Positions 1 to 11,962 of a stretch of DNA of 64,000 bases are shown here, piece by piece (the stretch's first letter is position 1; every line of letters begins with the position of its first letter). The stretch comes from Gekko japonicus (lineage: Eukaryota), in the NCBI RefSeq assembly GCF_001447785.1, contig NW_015164693.1, positions 103,614 through 167,613 on the forward strand, given 5' to 3'. The notes below the pieces were generated by a model. That model ran no database searches. It saw nothing but the letters and a program-made list of their open reading frames with translations, and was not told the origin of the DNA. A program made the translations under genes and the position numbers.

Positions 1-1605
1 GGAACCATATGTGCTGGCTGAACTCAGGATATTGATTGTGATTATGGAAGAACTTCGCCTATGGCAGCGGTTTTTAGACTATATTCCAGAAACCCTGACA
101 TTCATAAAGTGCTTAGCAAGTATTATTCAATGAGAAGATCAGTCATGGCAAGCAAGTAACCCTCAAAGACATCTGTGACAGACTGCACATTGAAAAGCTT
201 GGAAGTGTTGTATAAACAAGATATAGGACTGTGAAGGGTTAATTCTTCTCAGAGCCAGAGAGCCTTGAGTGACAGGCTGCTTTAAGCAATCTGATTGGTT
301 AGCATCAGCTGAACAGAGAAAGACTTGAGAAGTACATGCTGAGGAGAGTCAGTCAGATTTTTGCCTTAACTGAGCTGAGTACTGACAGTCTAGGGTTGCC
401 AGTCTCCAGGTCCTGGAAGGGGTTCCCCTGGATTTGGGGGTTTCTGCCCACTGCTGGCCAGCAGGCCAGCAGGAAAACCCTGCCCCCAAACAGCCACATC
501 CCCATGTCACGTCCCCAACATGATGACATCACCCAGAAATGAATGTCATCACATGAAGGATGTCAAACGGGGTGCTCTGGATTGAGGGCAAAACTCTGAG
601 TTTTGTCCTCAAACCACTGCATGATGGCGCCAATGAGGTGATGTCACTTCTGGGTGGTATCATTGCAACATCCCCACCCCCTCAAGGAACACCCCCCAAA
701 TCCCTCTGCTGGCAACAAGGTAGGACCTGGCAACCCTATGACAGTCTGATTTTAGCCCTAACTGAGAAGAGTTGAGTACTGACAGTTTCAGAATTCAGCC
801 CTGACTGAGAGCAGTTTAACACAGACAAGAGAACTGGGGGAAAGTTGGCAAGGAAGTTTTGGAAGTAGATGGAGACTTCCTTTTGGGTCAAGGAAAGGGA
901 ATAGATAATCTACAGAGAGAAGAAAACTCCCTACCCAGTCAAACAGGGAGTTAGCTCTGAAGACTGCAGAGATCCCTAATCTGTTGTGGTTAGAAACTGC
1001 ATTTAAAGACCTTAAGAGTCAGTTAAAACTCAAGATGAGTACTGATGTTTCAAGAAAAGGGGTTTGGGAAAGAGAAAAAGGGGTTTGTGAAAGAGTATAC
1101 CAGCCTCCTGGAAACCAAAAGAGTCAGAGAATACTCAAAGAAAATATACTGGAGTGTTTGGGAAAACACTGGAACAAAAGCCTTTCAACATACAGATTTA
1201 AGAAACTGTGAATAGCTTAAGAAACTCTCATTAGCCTGAAACATAAGAACTAAAGTCTGTGTGTGCACTGCTTTTACCTCAGAATTATCTGTTTTGAGTT
1301 ACCGCAGACATTTTACCTCTGATTTCACTGGCCCATTCCCCTCCATGCTGAATAAAATATTTTGTTAATTTGGAATATAAAAATGCCTTGAGTGACATTA
1401 AAGTTAAGGTGGTCTCCTGATCCTTCCCTCACGTTCCTGGGCTGAGCCAACAGCCATAACATCGTTCTGTGACAGGGTGGGACAGCCAGAGTTCTTCAGG
1501 AAAGAAGAAAACACATTGCTAGGGTGGCTCAGTCAGTAAAGGGAAAGAAAGATGGAATTAAAATCTTGCCTCTGAAGGAGGGAAGTGGGTAGGGCTGTCA
1601 TAACA
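1..1605 (+). mobile_element. Probable LTR remnant (5' end outside the window), interrupted by a hAT MITE
   Basis: AG-rich body with internal repeats, AATAAA at 1351, ends in ...GTCATAACA like LTR 3' termini. No coding homology. Confidence 0.35.
391..738. mobile_element. hAT-type MITE (TAGGGTTGCC family)
   Basis: TIRs TAGGGTTGCCA...TGGCAACCCTA with a perfect 8-bp TSD TGACAGTC (383-390, 739-746). Confidence 0.88.
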
Positions 1606-3589
1606 TGTTACCCACTTCTACCTATGGAACATGTTGGTGCACTCTCAGGTCATCAGAGAACTAGTTATTGCCCCACATGAAATCTGTGCACCATAGATAT
1701 ACCCCTACCTTAAGTCCTCTGCAATGTTCAATGGTTCCTTAGCAGATTCCTTGATGTGGGAAAGATCCCAGATGACAGAATGTTTTTAACAATTATTTCA
1801 TACAGATCTGCCCTTAGGGAAGCAACAAGTCACCCTGGTCAGAGCAGACTAGGGATGCCAGCCTCTAGGTGGGACTGGGGATCCCCTGGAATTACAGCTC
1901 CTCTCCAGACTACAGAGATCAGTTCCACTGGAGAAAATTGATGCTTTGGATGGTGGACTCTATGATACTGAGGTCCCTATGTTCTCCAGGCTCCATCCCC
2001 AAATCTGCATAGTAATCCTTGACTATCTTGGTCTCCCATCCTAATAACTTCCAATATCTAACAAGATTGGGTTAGCCTGTCCTGTCCAAGTCAGGGCATT
2101 AACACTTACAGGGAGTGAGAAAGCCCAAGTCCTTGTTAAGAATAGGAGAGGAATGGATGTTAAAAAAGGGGAAGTGGGAGAAAAACACACCTTCCAGACC
2201 ATATCTTTCAAGTCTCTTTGTTGAGTATTTGACAAAGCTGCCAGGAGACCATGACTGGCTGGTCTTCTGCATGGATGATGAAAGCCACAGAACTGAACAA
2301 TCCATTCACAGGTTAGGGGGCTGTACCTACTTGCAGAACTCCTCAGATATACCAGAAAATTTATTTTATATTTATATAAATTTTATATAAATCATAACCT
2401 GTTTATAAATTAACAACAAAAAATTAACAAAGCCTGAATGAGAACTGAGCATGTTCCAGGAAGGAAGAAATGTTTAGAGCAGCTGAGAATCAGAGAAAGT
2501 GATGGGGGTGGAGAAATCAGCCTGTTCAAGAGGTTAGGCAATCCCAGAGAAAGGAGATTTTGGTGGGTGGGGTGGGAGTTCCAAACTGTCCCACCTCTTC
2601 CATGATTCCTCACAGGCCCCACCCCCATTAAGTATCTCTGTCTATCAGGAAGGCCTTCACCTGGTGCACTTTGTGTAGTGCCCCGGGAATCAGGATCCAG
2701 GTTATACATTTTGACCCGGCACTGGCAAAAACTATGCTTCCAAGGACAGTGCCCTCTGGAACCGCTGTGCAATTCTGACCTCATCAGAGATGCAACATGT
2801 GTACCTTTCCCCACGTTGATATAGACAGAGGAGGAATTTCTCCCTGAAGGAAATAATTTTGTCCCCCTTCTCTGGTTAATTCTCTCCCAATTTTTGAGCC
2901 TAGTAATCAAAATAAAAGGTCTGATTTCCCCCCACCAAACCCCAGTTTCAGTAGGTGGTGGTGATAATGTGCTAGCACAAAGAGCATGCTAGAAAAAGAG
3001 GCTGAAGTCCATTCTCAAAGGGCCTATTTGTTTTCATAGTAGCAGAACACAGCAAGCTGTTTGTACTAAGCCAGCCACGGCCTTGACTCCTGAACATGCT
3101 GGTCTTCATTGCCTTTGTGACAACTCACATTTGTTGCCTTGTAAGAGGGAAAGAATGGATGCACCTGAACCTGACCTATTCTTTTGCTGTCAGTGATTTA
3201 TAGGCTCAGCTACCACCAGTGACTTCCACAAATTTGCTTCTCTCAAGTGCAGGAGGACTTGAAGTAACAACAAACGTTGTAGATGAAAGAAGAGCACTTC
3301 ATTCTAGTCAAGGTGGAACTGATATGTAAAGAGGGTGGCTTGTCCAGTAATTCTCAATTTGGCAAGTGTGTGGAGTGCTTTTGAGTCACAAAATTAACCC
3401 TCACTGGGTAGGGTTGCCAACCTCCAGGTAGTGGCTGGAGATCTGCTATTACAAGTGATCTCCAGGTGACAGTGATCAGTTCTCCTGGAGAAAATGGCTG
3501 TTTTGGAAGGTGGACTGTATGGTATTATACCCCATTGAAGTCCCTCCCTTCCCTAAATATTGCCCTCCTCCCGTAGGAGATCAGGGCCC

Positions 3590-3965
3590 TGTGGGACCTG
3601 TTACAGTTCCACAGGGCCTATAAAACAGAGCTCTTCCACCAGGCTTTTGGGAGCTGCCACCACCACCAATGAAGAACATCGGATGGTTGAATGTGAGAGG
3701 GCCCTGGATTCTGGAAATTGCCACCAACAGCCTAAAGAACAGCAAGCACTGCAAGGACGATCAAAATGAACACTGTGAGCTGAGAACTTTCAATAATGGC
3801 TGCTACCGTCATACGAACGATTACTAGCACTTTATTATGGTTTTAGAATTGTTTTAGTTGTAACTTATGTTTTAATGGAACTTATCTGTTTTTATGTAAG
3901 CTGCCCTGAACCGGCTTTGGCCAGGAGGGCGGGGTCGAAATTTGAAAAATAAATAAATAAATAAG
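3590..3965 (+). mobile_element. L2 LINE 3' end fragment
   Basis: Resembles the L2 tail at 9265-9680 (gtaagctgccctga...gagggcgggg) and ends in (AAAT)n. Confidence 0.55.
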
Positions 3966-4379
3966 TATTTGGGCCACTTTATAAAGCTCGGGGGGGGGGG
4001 GAGAAGCCAGCCCCCTTGGATGTCATACTCTCCCCATTTTTCACAAAGGAAGTCTCCTGGCCTTTCTTATTTTTTTACTCCTCCAAGTGCTCCAAATAAA
4101 ACTTGTGAAATTAGCAAGCCAAATGAGAAGAGTGAATTGGAGGGAAAGCATGTTTTAGATGGGACCCCTCCCCAACTGATCAGCATTTCTGAATTAGCAA
4201 ATGATCTGATTACAGGCCCACAAGTGTTCCCCTCTAGATGCTCATCAAATTTAGTTGAACCATTGCCCCCCCCCAACAGTTGGTTTGCCTCCACCCTTAC
4301 AAGTACCTTCTCTTAAGTGTTCTTCTAACTTTGTTGACCCATTACCATCCTTAGATAATAGACGATCGAAAAGTGAGAA

Positions 4380-4892
4380 TGGGGTTCTGAGGGTACTCTC
4401 TTGGAAACTAGTGGGTTGGAAGGGTCACTCATTGGATTTAGAGGCTGTAGATAGACTAAGGGAATTCCAGGTGATCCTTCTGCAGGAAACTCGGGAACAG
4501 CATCCATTCTACTTTTCCGGATATAAGATAATTACATGTCCAGCCACTGTAGAGTCTAGGGGGGAATGCCCGCAACCTGGGCTGGCATGCTTAGTAGCTT
4601 CGATGCCAAGGTTTTAGAAATCAGCTCTCAGTCATCCTTGGCCCTAACAGTTCTTTTAAAAATTAATGGTCTGTTCTTTGTATTTATCTTTATCTATATC
4701 CCTCCAGGTAGTTCAGCACAGGCTCTCTATTCTAACTGGGCAGAGTTATACTGCTTACTTGAAGGACTTGTAATGAAATTTCCTAGAGCTAAATTTTTCT
4801 TAGGAGGGGATTTTAATGCTAGGGTGGGTCCCGCAGATGAGTTTCTCATTGGTAAAATCCTGGAGTTACCTACCGACCAATGTTCCTTCTAA
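4380..4892 (+). mobile_element. Frameshifted non-LTR retrotransposon APE-endonuclease fragment
   Basis: LRVLSW...VILLQET in one frame and IYIPP...FLGGDFNARVG in another are APE endonuclease motifs. Confidence 0.75.
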
Positions 4893-5644
4893 GCTTCACA
4901 GTGTTGTGAGCAGAAATTCTACCTTGTGAGTGAAAAAAGCTAGTAGCATTAAAATTGTGAGTCTAACAGTTGACTATCACATGTTAGTATTTTTAGAAGA
5001 TTACTTTCATAACCTTGTAAATATCTCAGAATAAATTCTTTTAAATCATATTTAAACTATATTTTAAGAATAATTTAAACATAATGAGGAAACAGAATCC
5101 AGTCAAATTTCACACACCCCTTTCCACTATATTGGGAGAACTGGCCGCCAGAGAACAGCTCTTCCCGTGCCCACCCCTTCCCACTATATTGGTAAATCTG
5201 GCCTTTACGCTATATTGGTAACCTGGCCTCTGTAGAACAGGTCTACCCAGCCCTTTACAGTATATTGATAGACCTGGCCTTGGACCGGTGCCTTCTGCTG
5301 AGCCTTAGAAAACACACCAGCACTGGGGGCGGGGGGGGGGGGGGTTTTGCTATCAGAAATAAAGGGCAAGTATTCTAGAGGCTGCAGAGAAGCATCACAG
5401 GGAGGTGTTTTCAGAAATGAGGTCTATTAAAGTTTTTCTTTCAGTTTTATTGTTCAAGACCTTGGTCNNNNNNNNNNNNNNNNNNNNNNNNNNNNNNNNN
5501 NNNNNNNNNNNNNNNNNNNNNNNNNNNNNNNNNNNNNNNNNNNNNNNNNNNNNNNNNNNNNNNNNNNNNNNNNNNNNNNNNNNNNNNNNNNNNNNNNNNN
5601 NNNNNNNNNNNNNNNNNNNNNNNNNNNNNNNNNNNNNACGGTAG

Positions 5645-5710
5645 ATAATGATAATAATGACAATAATTATTACTATTATTATTATTATCATCATCATCAT
5701 CATCATCATC
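5645..5710. repeat. Compound (ATA/ATT/ATC)n microsatellite next to gap 5468-5637
   Basis: Directly visible. Confidence 0.9.
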
Positions 5711-6452
5711 TACCATCCTCAGCATTCTGAAATTAGGGAGCTGGATCCAGATTAAACTGGCAAATTCCACCCCTTCCCCTTCCCATCGCAGCTCCCCCCA
5801 TGTCATTCCTCAGGGTCCCCCAAGAGCAGCATTTCATAGAAATTAGTGGATGACAGCAAAACATAGAAACACATGTACTCAAATATCCTATTTTCATCCC
5901 TCTTCCCAGGCAAATCTGGCTTCCAAAGTTGCCCACAGGAACCAACTTCCCCAAGGGACAAAAATTCACATGAATGGGGGGAGGGGGTAGATTTGCTAGC
6001 TCTGGGTTGGGAAATTCCTGGACATTTGGGGATGGTGACTGAGGAGGCAGGCTTTAGAGAGGTTAGGGACCTCAGTGGGGTATTAATGCCGTAAGAGTCC
6101 ACCCTATAAATCAGCCATTTTCTCCAAGGGATCTTATCTCTGTAGTCTAGAGATCAGTTGTAATTCTGGGAGATTTTCAGGCCCCACCAGGAAGATGGCA
6201 GCCATATTCTCATCTGAGCTGGATCCAGGCACAAAAAACTACCTTATTCTGAGTCAGACTATTACAATGCAATCCTAAACAGACTTACATCCTTCTGTTG
6301 AGTTCAACTTTTAGAAGACTGTAACTGTGTTTAGGAGTGTATTTCAAATATCTTCAGTCCACTGTTTTCTCTAATGGCAATAGCTTCCTGTTATGTCTGT
6401 TGCCCACCGCTTGGTGACGGCAAGATATACCTGAGCTTGGCTCAGCAAGGAC

Positions 6453-6658
6453 TAGGGCTGCCAAATGTGGGCGGGGGGCGGGGAATCCCCCGCCTTGAAG
6501 CCCCGATTTCCGATGCGGCGGAATCGGGGCCCGGGGGAACCCCGCCCCCGGCGTGCGCGTCACTAGCAAGTGACGTGGGCACGCCGGGCACGCTGGGGGC
6601 GGGGCCGACGCCGGCCGGGAGCCCCCCGCTCCCGGCGAAGACGGATTTGGCAATCCTA
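6453..6658. mobile_element. CpG-rich hAT MITE (TAGGGTTGCC-type TIR)
   Basis: TAGGGCTGCCAAAT...ATTTGGCAATCCTA with a perfect 8-bp TSD GCAAGGAC (6445-6452, 6659-6666). Confidence 0.88.
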
Positions 6659-8564
6659 GCAAGGACAATAGGGACTAGGATCTTGAATCCTCCTGCGGGC
6701 ACCAATGGTAACATAGGCGGGAAGTTTAAAGCCACCTATGGGACTTGGGGGTGGTCTGAGGGATTGTATATAGTTGGCCTACGGCTGGTATTTTCTCTGT
6801 TCTGTTGTAAAGTACTAATAAACGCGTCCATCCGCATGTCGTAGTAGGAATCCTCCATGCGGCGACCCCAGTACTTTGTACTTCCCAAGATCCAAAGCAG
6901 AAATCTTTCCCAGCCTAACTATTTGAGAATCTTTTGACATGAGAAGGAAATTGAATCCAAGATTTTCTATGCGAAAAGCAGGTGTTCTACCATTAACCTG
7001 TGGCTCAGGATAAGGCAACAGCCCATATTCATATGGTTTTCCACAATAACTGGCACCCTCCTCCTCTCTTCTATCTTAGCCACTTTGGCCTCCTCCTTAA
7101 CCTGCTTGTGAGACAGAAGTACAGTCCAGAATGGGTTTTAGATTAAGTATGTATGCCATCTGGAGACTACGAAATTGGGATTGACTGACTGATAATTGTA
7201 AGGTCTTAATGTTGTTTTCAATCACGTTATGATGATGTTTTTAACCTCTTGTAAATCACCCAGAGCCCTGTGCACTCAGGGTTTGGGTGACCCAAAAGCG
7301 TAAAATATAAATAAATAAAATACAGCTGGAGGGGAAGAAAAAGTGGCATCAATATAACCTGCAAATGTGCTTGCCTAGTAAATTGAGAATATAAGCATAT
7401 TTACTAGTGGCAAAAAAGAAAGGAGAAAATTTGGGTCCTCCTTTGTGCTGTTCATATTTTAAAATCAAAGCTGATCAGCATGAGAGAAAACCAAGTGGAT
7501 TACTCCCATTCCCCCCCATCCGAAGGATACCAGACATAGGAGCTAAAGAGCAGGACACTTTATGAAAGCTTTAATAACAAATATAAGAACAGATGCCAAA
7601 GCAAAACTCTGCCAGAAACTCAGAGACCAACAGGCAGCTGGTGTTGGCCATAAAGAATACTTATTTTTCACTCTTGGCTGGATCCAACAGACTAAATGCT
7701 CAAGAGACTGCAGTTGCTATCTAGCTGTAATTTTGCTTAGTTTGCATTGTTTTAACTCTCCCTGCTTCTCTGTGTGAGGGTAAGAAGATCCAAGAGCAGC
7801 AGTCAGTGGATTTTCCTTTGAAAAGAGACAGAATTACTGGAGACTTTTGGCATCTTTAAAATATTTACAGTGTTTACATATATACAAGCAGAGCACAACT
7901 AGAGACAAAGAGGCATTCCTATGTTTGTGTGGGGGGGGGGAGAGCTCCTACACACATACACAATCCCCCCCCCAGATCAGGTGATCTTGCTCTTTCTGCC
8001 TCTCTGTCTCTTCTCATTTCAAAGTTCGCTGCTTTTTTAGATGCACACACGCCTGTTCCCTCACCTACAGCAAACCCACAACTGGGTTGGGAGTTAAGTC
8101 CTCAGTAAATGTAGTGAGACTTGGGAACAGAGATCCTGGAGTTGGGCTACACATTTCCTAACAACTGGGGGTTTTTTGTGTTTATTTTTTAAATCACATC
8201 TTCTTCTAATTTTAACAAAGTTGAATGACTGCTAGTGAACCACCAAAGCTGGCTTGAGGCCTAATGACATGGACTTTAAGCGATGAAGCAAGTGGAACAG
8301 AAGGTGTTTCTCCCAGTGACCCTGTCTTGTGCAATTCACAGAGTCCTTGGCTGCTCCATTAGAGGGGCATCTAGGGAACTTCCCCAAATCTCTTAGTTAA
8401 TTTTTATCCTGCTGCTGATTGGGGGAGGGCAGTCCACAAGGACCTATACATACCTTCAGTACAATAGACAAAGTAGTATCAAAGGAAGAAGGAATCTGAG
8501 AGGGTGTGGATGGGAAAGGGTTCATAGCAGCTCCGCCTTGTTCTGTTGGTGTCATTCCCTGTGA

Positions 8565-8935
8565 GACAAAACAGGAGTCCGGTGGCACCCTAGAGACTAA
8601 CAAAACTTATTCCAGCATAAACTTTCATGAGCCAGAGCTCACTTCATCAGGTGCATGAGGTGTACATCCATTAGATAAATGCATTTGTATCAAAGGCTGT
8701 GAACAACAGAAAGATAGGGTGGGGGCTAGGCAGAGAGATTTTATAAAGAAAGCCAGTTTCATCTCTTTAAAAATTAGCTTTATAACATCTCCCCTGCCCC
8801 CCCCTTTCTGTTGCTTGCATTCATCAGATGAAGAGAGTTCTGGATCAGGAAAACGTATGCTGGCATAGGTTTTGTCACTTCTAAAATGCCACTACTGTTT
8901 TGTTCCACTGCTGCAGACTAACATGGCCACCCATC
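8565..8935. mobile_element. Non-autonomous Penelope-like element with inverted pseudo-LTR arms
   Basis: The left arm GTGGCACCCTAGAGACTAACAAAAC...TTTCATGAGCCAGAGCTCACTTCATCAG is mirrored by a degenerate right arm (CAGATGAAGAGAGTTC...GAAAACGTATGCTGG...TGCCACT...CAGACTAACATGGCCACCC). Confidence 0.7.
8615..8655 (-). ncRNA. Minimal type-I hammerhead ribozyme motif (Penelope-associated)
   Basis: The minus strand reads UGCAC-CUGAUGA-A-GUGAGC-UCUG-GCUCAU-GAAA-GUU-UA-UGC: complete core, a 6-bp stem II and a short stem I. Confidence 0.6.
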
Positions 8936-9014
8936 CGCAATCTTCTATGTAATCGCTTAGAAATGTTTAGTGATAATTTTGGTGACTAAACCTGTCTTAT
9001 ACAAGAAGGAGCAT

Positions 9015-9159
9015 AGGTCATACAATGTTAAGGGACCTTGCAGGTCATCTAGTCCAACCCCCTACACTCTGCAGGAGCATAGCCAAAAGATAGCCCTACA
9101 ACATACCCGAAAGATAGTCGTCCAGCCTCTGCTTGAAAACTTCCAGCGAAGGAGCATCC
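9015..9159 (-). mobile_element. CR1 LINE 3' end
   Basis: AGGTCATCTAGTCCAACCCC...CAGCCTCTGCTTGAA is the reverse complement of a typical CR1 3' terminus. It runs into the gap at 9160-9264. Confidence 0.65.
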
Positions 9160-9264
9160 NNNNNNNNNNNNNNNNNNNNNNNNNNNNNNNNNNNNNNNNN
9201 NNNNNNNNNNNNNNNNNNNNNNNNNNNNNNNNNNNNNNNNNNNNNNNNNNNNNNNNNNNNNNNN

Positions 9265-9680
9265 GTTGGCATTTATTGAAGGTCCCTGGTCCACGAACTG
9301 TCCGCCTTGTGTCAAAAAGAGCGAGGGCCTTCTCAGTAGTGGCTCCCGTCCAGTGGAACCAGCTGCCCGAAGAGGTGCGTGCCTTGCGCGGGACCTCCCG
9401 AAGTTCCCCGTGGCATGCAATGCTGCTCTTTTTCGGGCGGCCTGTGGGTGACTGTGACCCACCGGGCAGCTGGTATTGCTTCAGCTGCGTCTCCACCGTC
9501 CACGCATCCCACCCTGCTTGATAGCAGATAGATTTTTAATTCCCTGATATTTTAAAAGTTTACTTAATGGTAGCTTTTGTATTATTTTCATCGGGTGTGT
9601 TTTACATGGCGTTAACCACTCCCAAGTCCCGTTCGGGGGAGACAGAGCGGGATATAGATTTGATAAATAAAAGAAATAAA
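9265..9680 (+). mobile_element. L2 LINE 3' end
   Basis: LLKVPG...RAFSVVAPVQWNQLPEEVR is the L2 ORF2 C-terminal motif, followed by a 3'UTR and A-rich tail. Confidence 0.75.
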
Positions 9681-9744
9681 ACCACCAAGTGCCACAAGCT
9701 GCCGACTGTCGGCCCCTTTATTAGGAAGTGTGTACCAGTTGGCC

Positions 9745-9835
9745 CAGGCGGGTCCGATCTCATCAGTTCCAGGAGGCTAAGCAGGGTCGGGCCCGGTCGG
9801 TATTCGGATGGGAGACCACCAGGGAAGTCCAGAGC
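9745..9835 (+). mobile_element. 5S rRNA-derived SINE head / 5S pseudogene fragment
   Basis: CCGATCTCATCAGTTCCAGGAGGCTAAGCAGGGTCGGGCCCGGTCGGTATTCGGATGGGAGACCACCAGGGAA aligns with the 5S rRNA internal control region (A box, IE, C box). Confidence 0.8.
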
Positions 9836-9884
9836 GCTGACAGCCTCCTTTCCCTCCCCCTCCCCACAACAGACACCCTGTGAG

Positions 9885-10092
9885 CAGTGTTCCCTCTAAG
9901 CTGAGTTCGTGTGAGCCAGCTCACAGTTTTTTAGCCTCCGGCTCACACATTTCTGTCTCGGCTCAGGAAGGGATGGCTCCAGAGCAAACTAACTTATGCA
10001 GTAGCCAAAGTGCCCACTCACAACTTTAATGCCGGTAGCTCACAAAGTTGAATTTCTGCTCACAGGACTCCACAGCTGAGAAGGGAGCCTTG
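9885..10092. mobile_element. hAT MITE (CAGTGTTCCCTCTAAG family) inserted in a SINE
   Basis: Same family as the copies at 22301 and 22575. Perfect 8-bp TSD CCTGTGAG (9877-9884, 10093-10100). Confidence 0.85.
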
Positions 10093-11259
10093 CCTGTGAG
10101 GTAAAGTTGGCAACCCCCGATTTGGGCCCGTTTGGCTTCCCTGGCCTTCCTTTGCCATGTGTAACGTGCTGACAATAAAGGGGGTTGCAGTATGATAGTA
10201 ACCAACACGACAGAACTACTGCAAAATGTGCAAAATGTACATACTCCAATTTGTATTTATAACATCAATAATAACAATACAATGTTTTCACAGAGAATAA
10301 GAACGTCTCAAGAATGATGAAGACGTCTCACAGATGAGCAGATGTGAGCAGATGGATGAACTCCCCCGGAGTTAACATTCGTTTCGGGCGTCTTTTTCAC
10401 ACATAAACAACTCCTAATAAAAAAATTCAGTTGTTACTTAAGGGGAAATCACCCAGCAATAAACAATTCCAACATACACTTGCCAATGCATACATACAGT
10501 TGAGTATCCTCACGGTTACAAATCCTCCAAACTGGACATTTCTTTGTTCTAAAATAAAACATAATGTTATATCACCTATAAATCTTTCTCATTGTTCTAA
10601 CAATCAATGCTATTAATTGGTGTGCAGTTATGTTCTTACCCTATACATCTTGAAGTTATTCACAAAGTGCTCCTTTACATAGAATCTGTAACGGGCTAGT
10701 AAGCCTTAATCAATGTTAACAGACTTGTTACTTTATACTTCTCACTCCAAAGTCACGTGCTCCTATTAACCATCTGAGCCAACGTTTACAGGTTTCATCT
10801 CCAAAAGATACATCTTAAAAAGATACAGTTTACAGAGGACAACTGAAACAATCCAATGTTTATACAATGTCTCACAAACACACCCAGGGAAACTCATTAC
10901 AAGAACTAAAATATAACATACTGTACGCTAACTCATGCAAGATCAGAGAATCTGCCTGCCTCCCACGCATGACTGACCATTCTGGCTTAGTATATGCCAG
11001 CTTTTGAGACTGGGTCCCATTACAGCCATGCTTGAATAAGAATTATTCGAAACGCGGCATCAGGCATCCGGATTACGCATCGGCTTTTTATGGCTCAGAA
11101 AATTTGATGACTTGCACTTCAATTTGGACTCTGATATTGCTTCTATGCTGGAGTAGACACATGGAAAGACCGTAGACTGTGCTTCTGTTATGCTTTATTA
11201 TTGCACCTTGGCCAATTGATTTATATTATACTTGCTGTTATGCTTATTTGATCATTATA

Positions 11260-11616
11260 TCTATATATCTAATAGCGAAAGGCGCCCCCTGCATGCGGAT
11301 ACCTAAATCCGCGCATTGGGGGCACCTGGGGGGAGGGAGATTTTTGTGCACACTTGGGGCAGTCCCCGGGTGTGCACAAAAATCTAAAAACCTGAAAAAA
11401 ATATCGGGGGGATACTTAAATCCCCCCAAAAGTGACAGAGCATCCCCTGCGCATGCGCAGGGGACGCTCTGCGAACTCCCTCACCGCTGCCGCTTGGGGG
11501 GGAAGAGAGCAGGGAGGCGGCGGGGGGGAGGGAACTTACCTCCTCCTGCTGCTTCCTCCTCTGCCTCCTGTGTGGAAGTCCCTCCCCCCTGTGAGTATCG
11601 CGGGTCCCGCCCCTTG
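11260..11616 (+). mobile_element. Probable non-autonomous Helitron
   Basis: 5' end A|TCTATATATCTAA; 3' hairpin CCTGTGA-GTA-TCGCGGG (11588-11604) followed by CTTG|T (a CTAG variant). No TIR or TSD. Confidence 0.55.
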
Positions 11617-11962
11617 TACTTGCTTATTTGCTTGTGCATTCATTTTCTCTCAGTGGTGTTTTCTTTTTTGCTCCTTGTATTGTACACTGGCTCCCCCCCC
11701 TTTTTTTTTGGCTACTCATAACCTAGCCTGCCTCACAGGTTAGGTGTGAAGCTAAAAGAAAGAAGGAAAGAGGCCAGCCCTTCAGTTGCTAACATCTGGG
11801 AGAAAAAAATGTCCTGCCTTTCAACAGAAACTTACTGTGTGGAAATGGGTAGGTGAACCTTTTCATGTCAATGCAGTAACTTCCATCACTTGGTAAATAA
11901 TGACCCATGAAACCTGTTAAAGGGACAGGATACTTTTTCCAGGGTGTTGGCAACCATAGCCC

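Noticed and set aside
2410-2910. 166-aa minus-strand ORF
   Set aside because: Non-ATG start, no recognisable motif and no convincing splice context.
5100-5290. Spaced repeats of CTATATTGG...CTGGCC as a CRISPR-like array
   Set aside because: Degenerate, irregular minisatellite-like units in vertebrate DNA with no cas genes.
6374-6844. CpG island / 156-aa ORF as a gene start
   Set aside because: The CpG-rich part is exactly a MITE with TIRs and a perfect TSD, and the ORF is low-complexity.
9745-9835. Functional 5S rRNA gene
   Set aside because: The 5' and 3' ends diverge from 5S, there is no oligo-T terminator, and it is not in an array.
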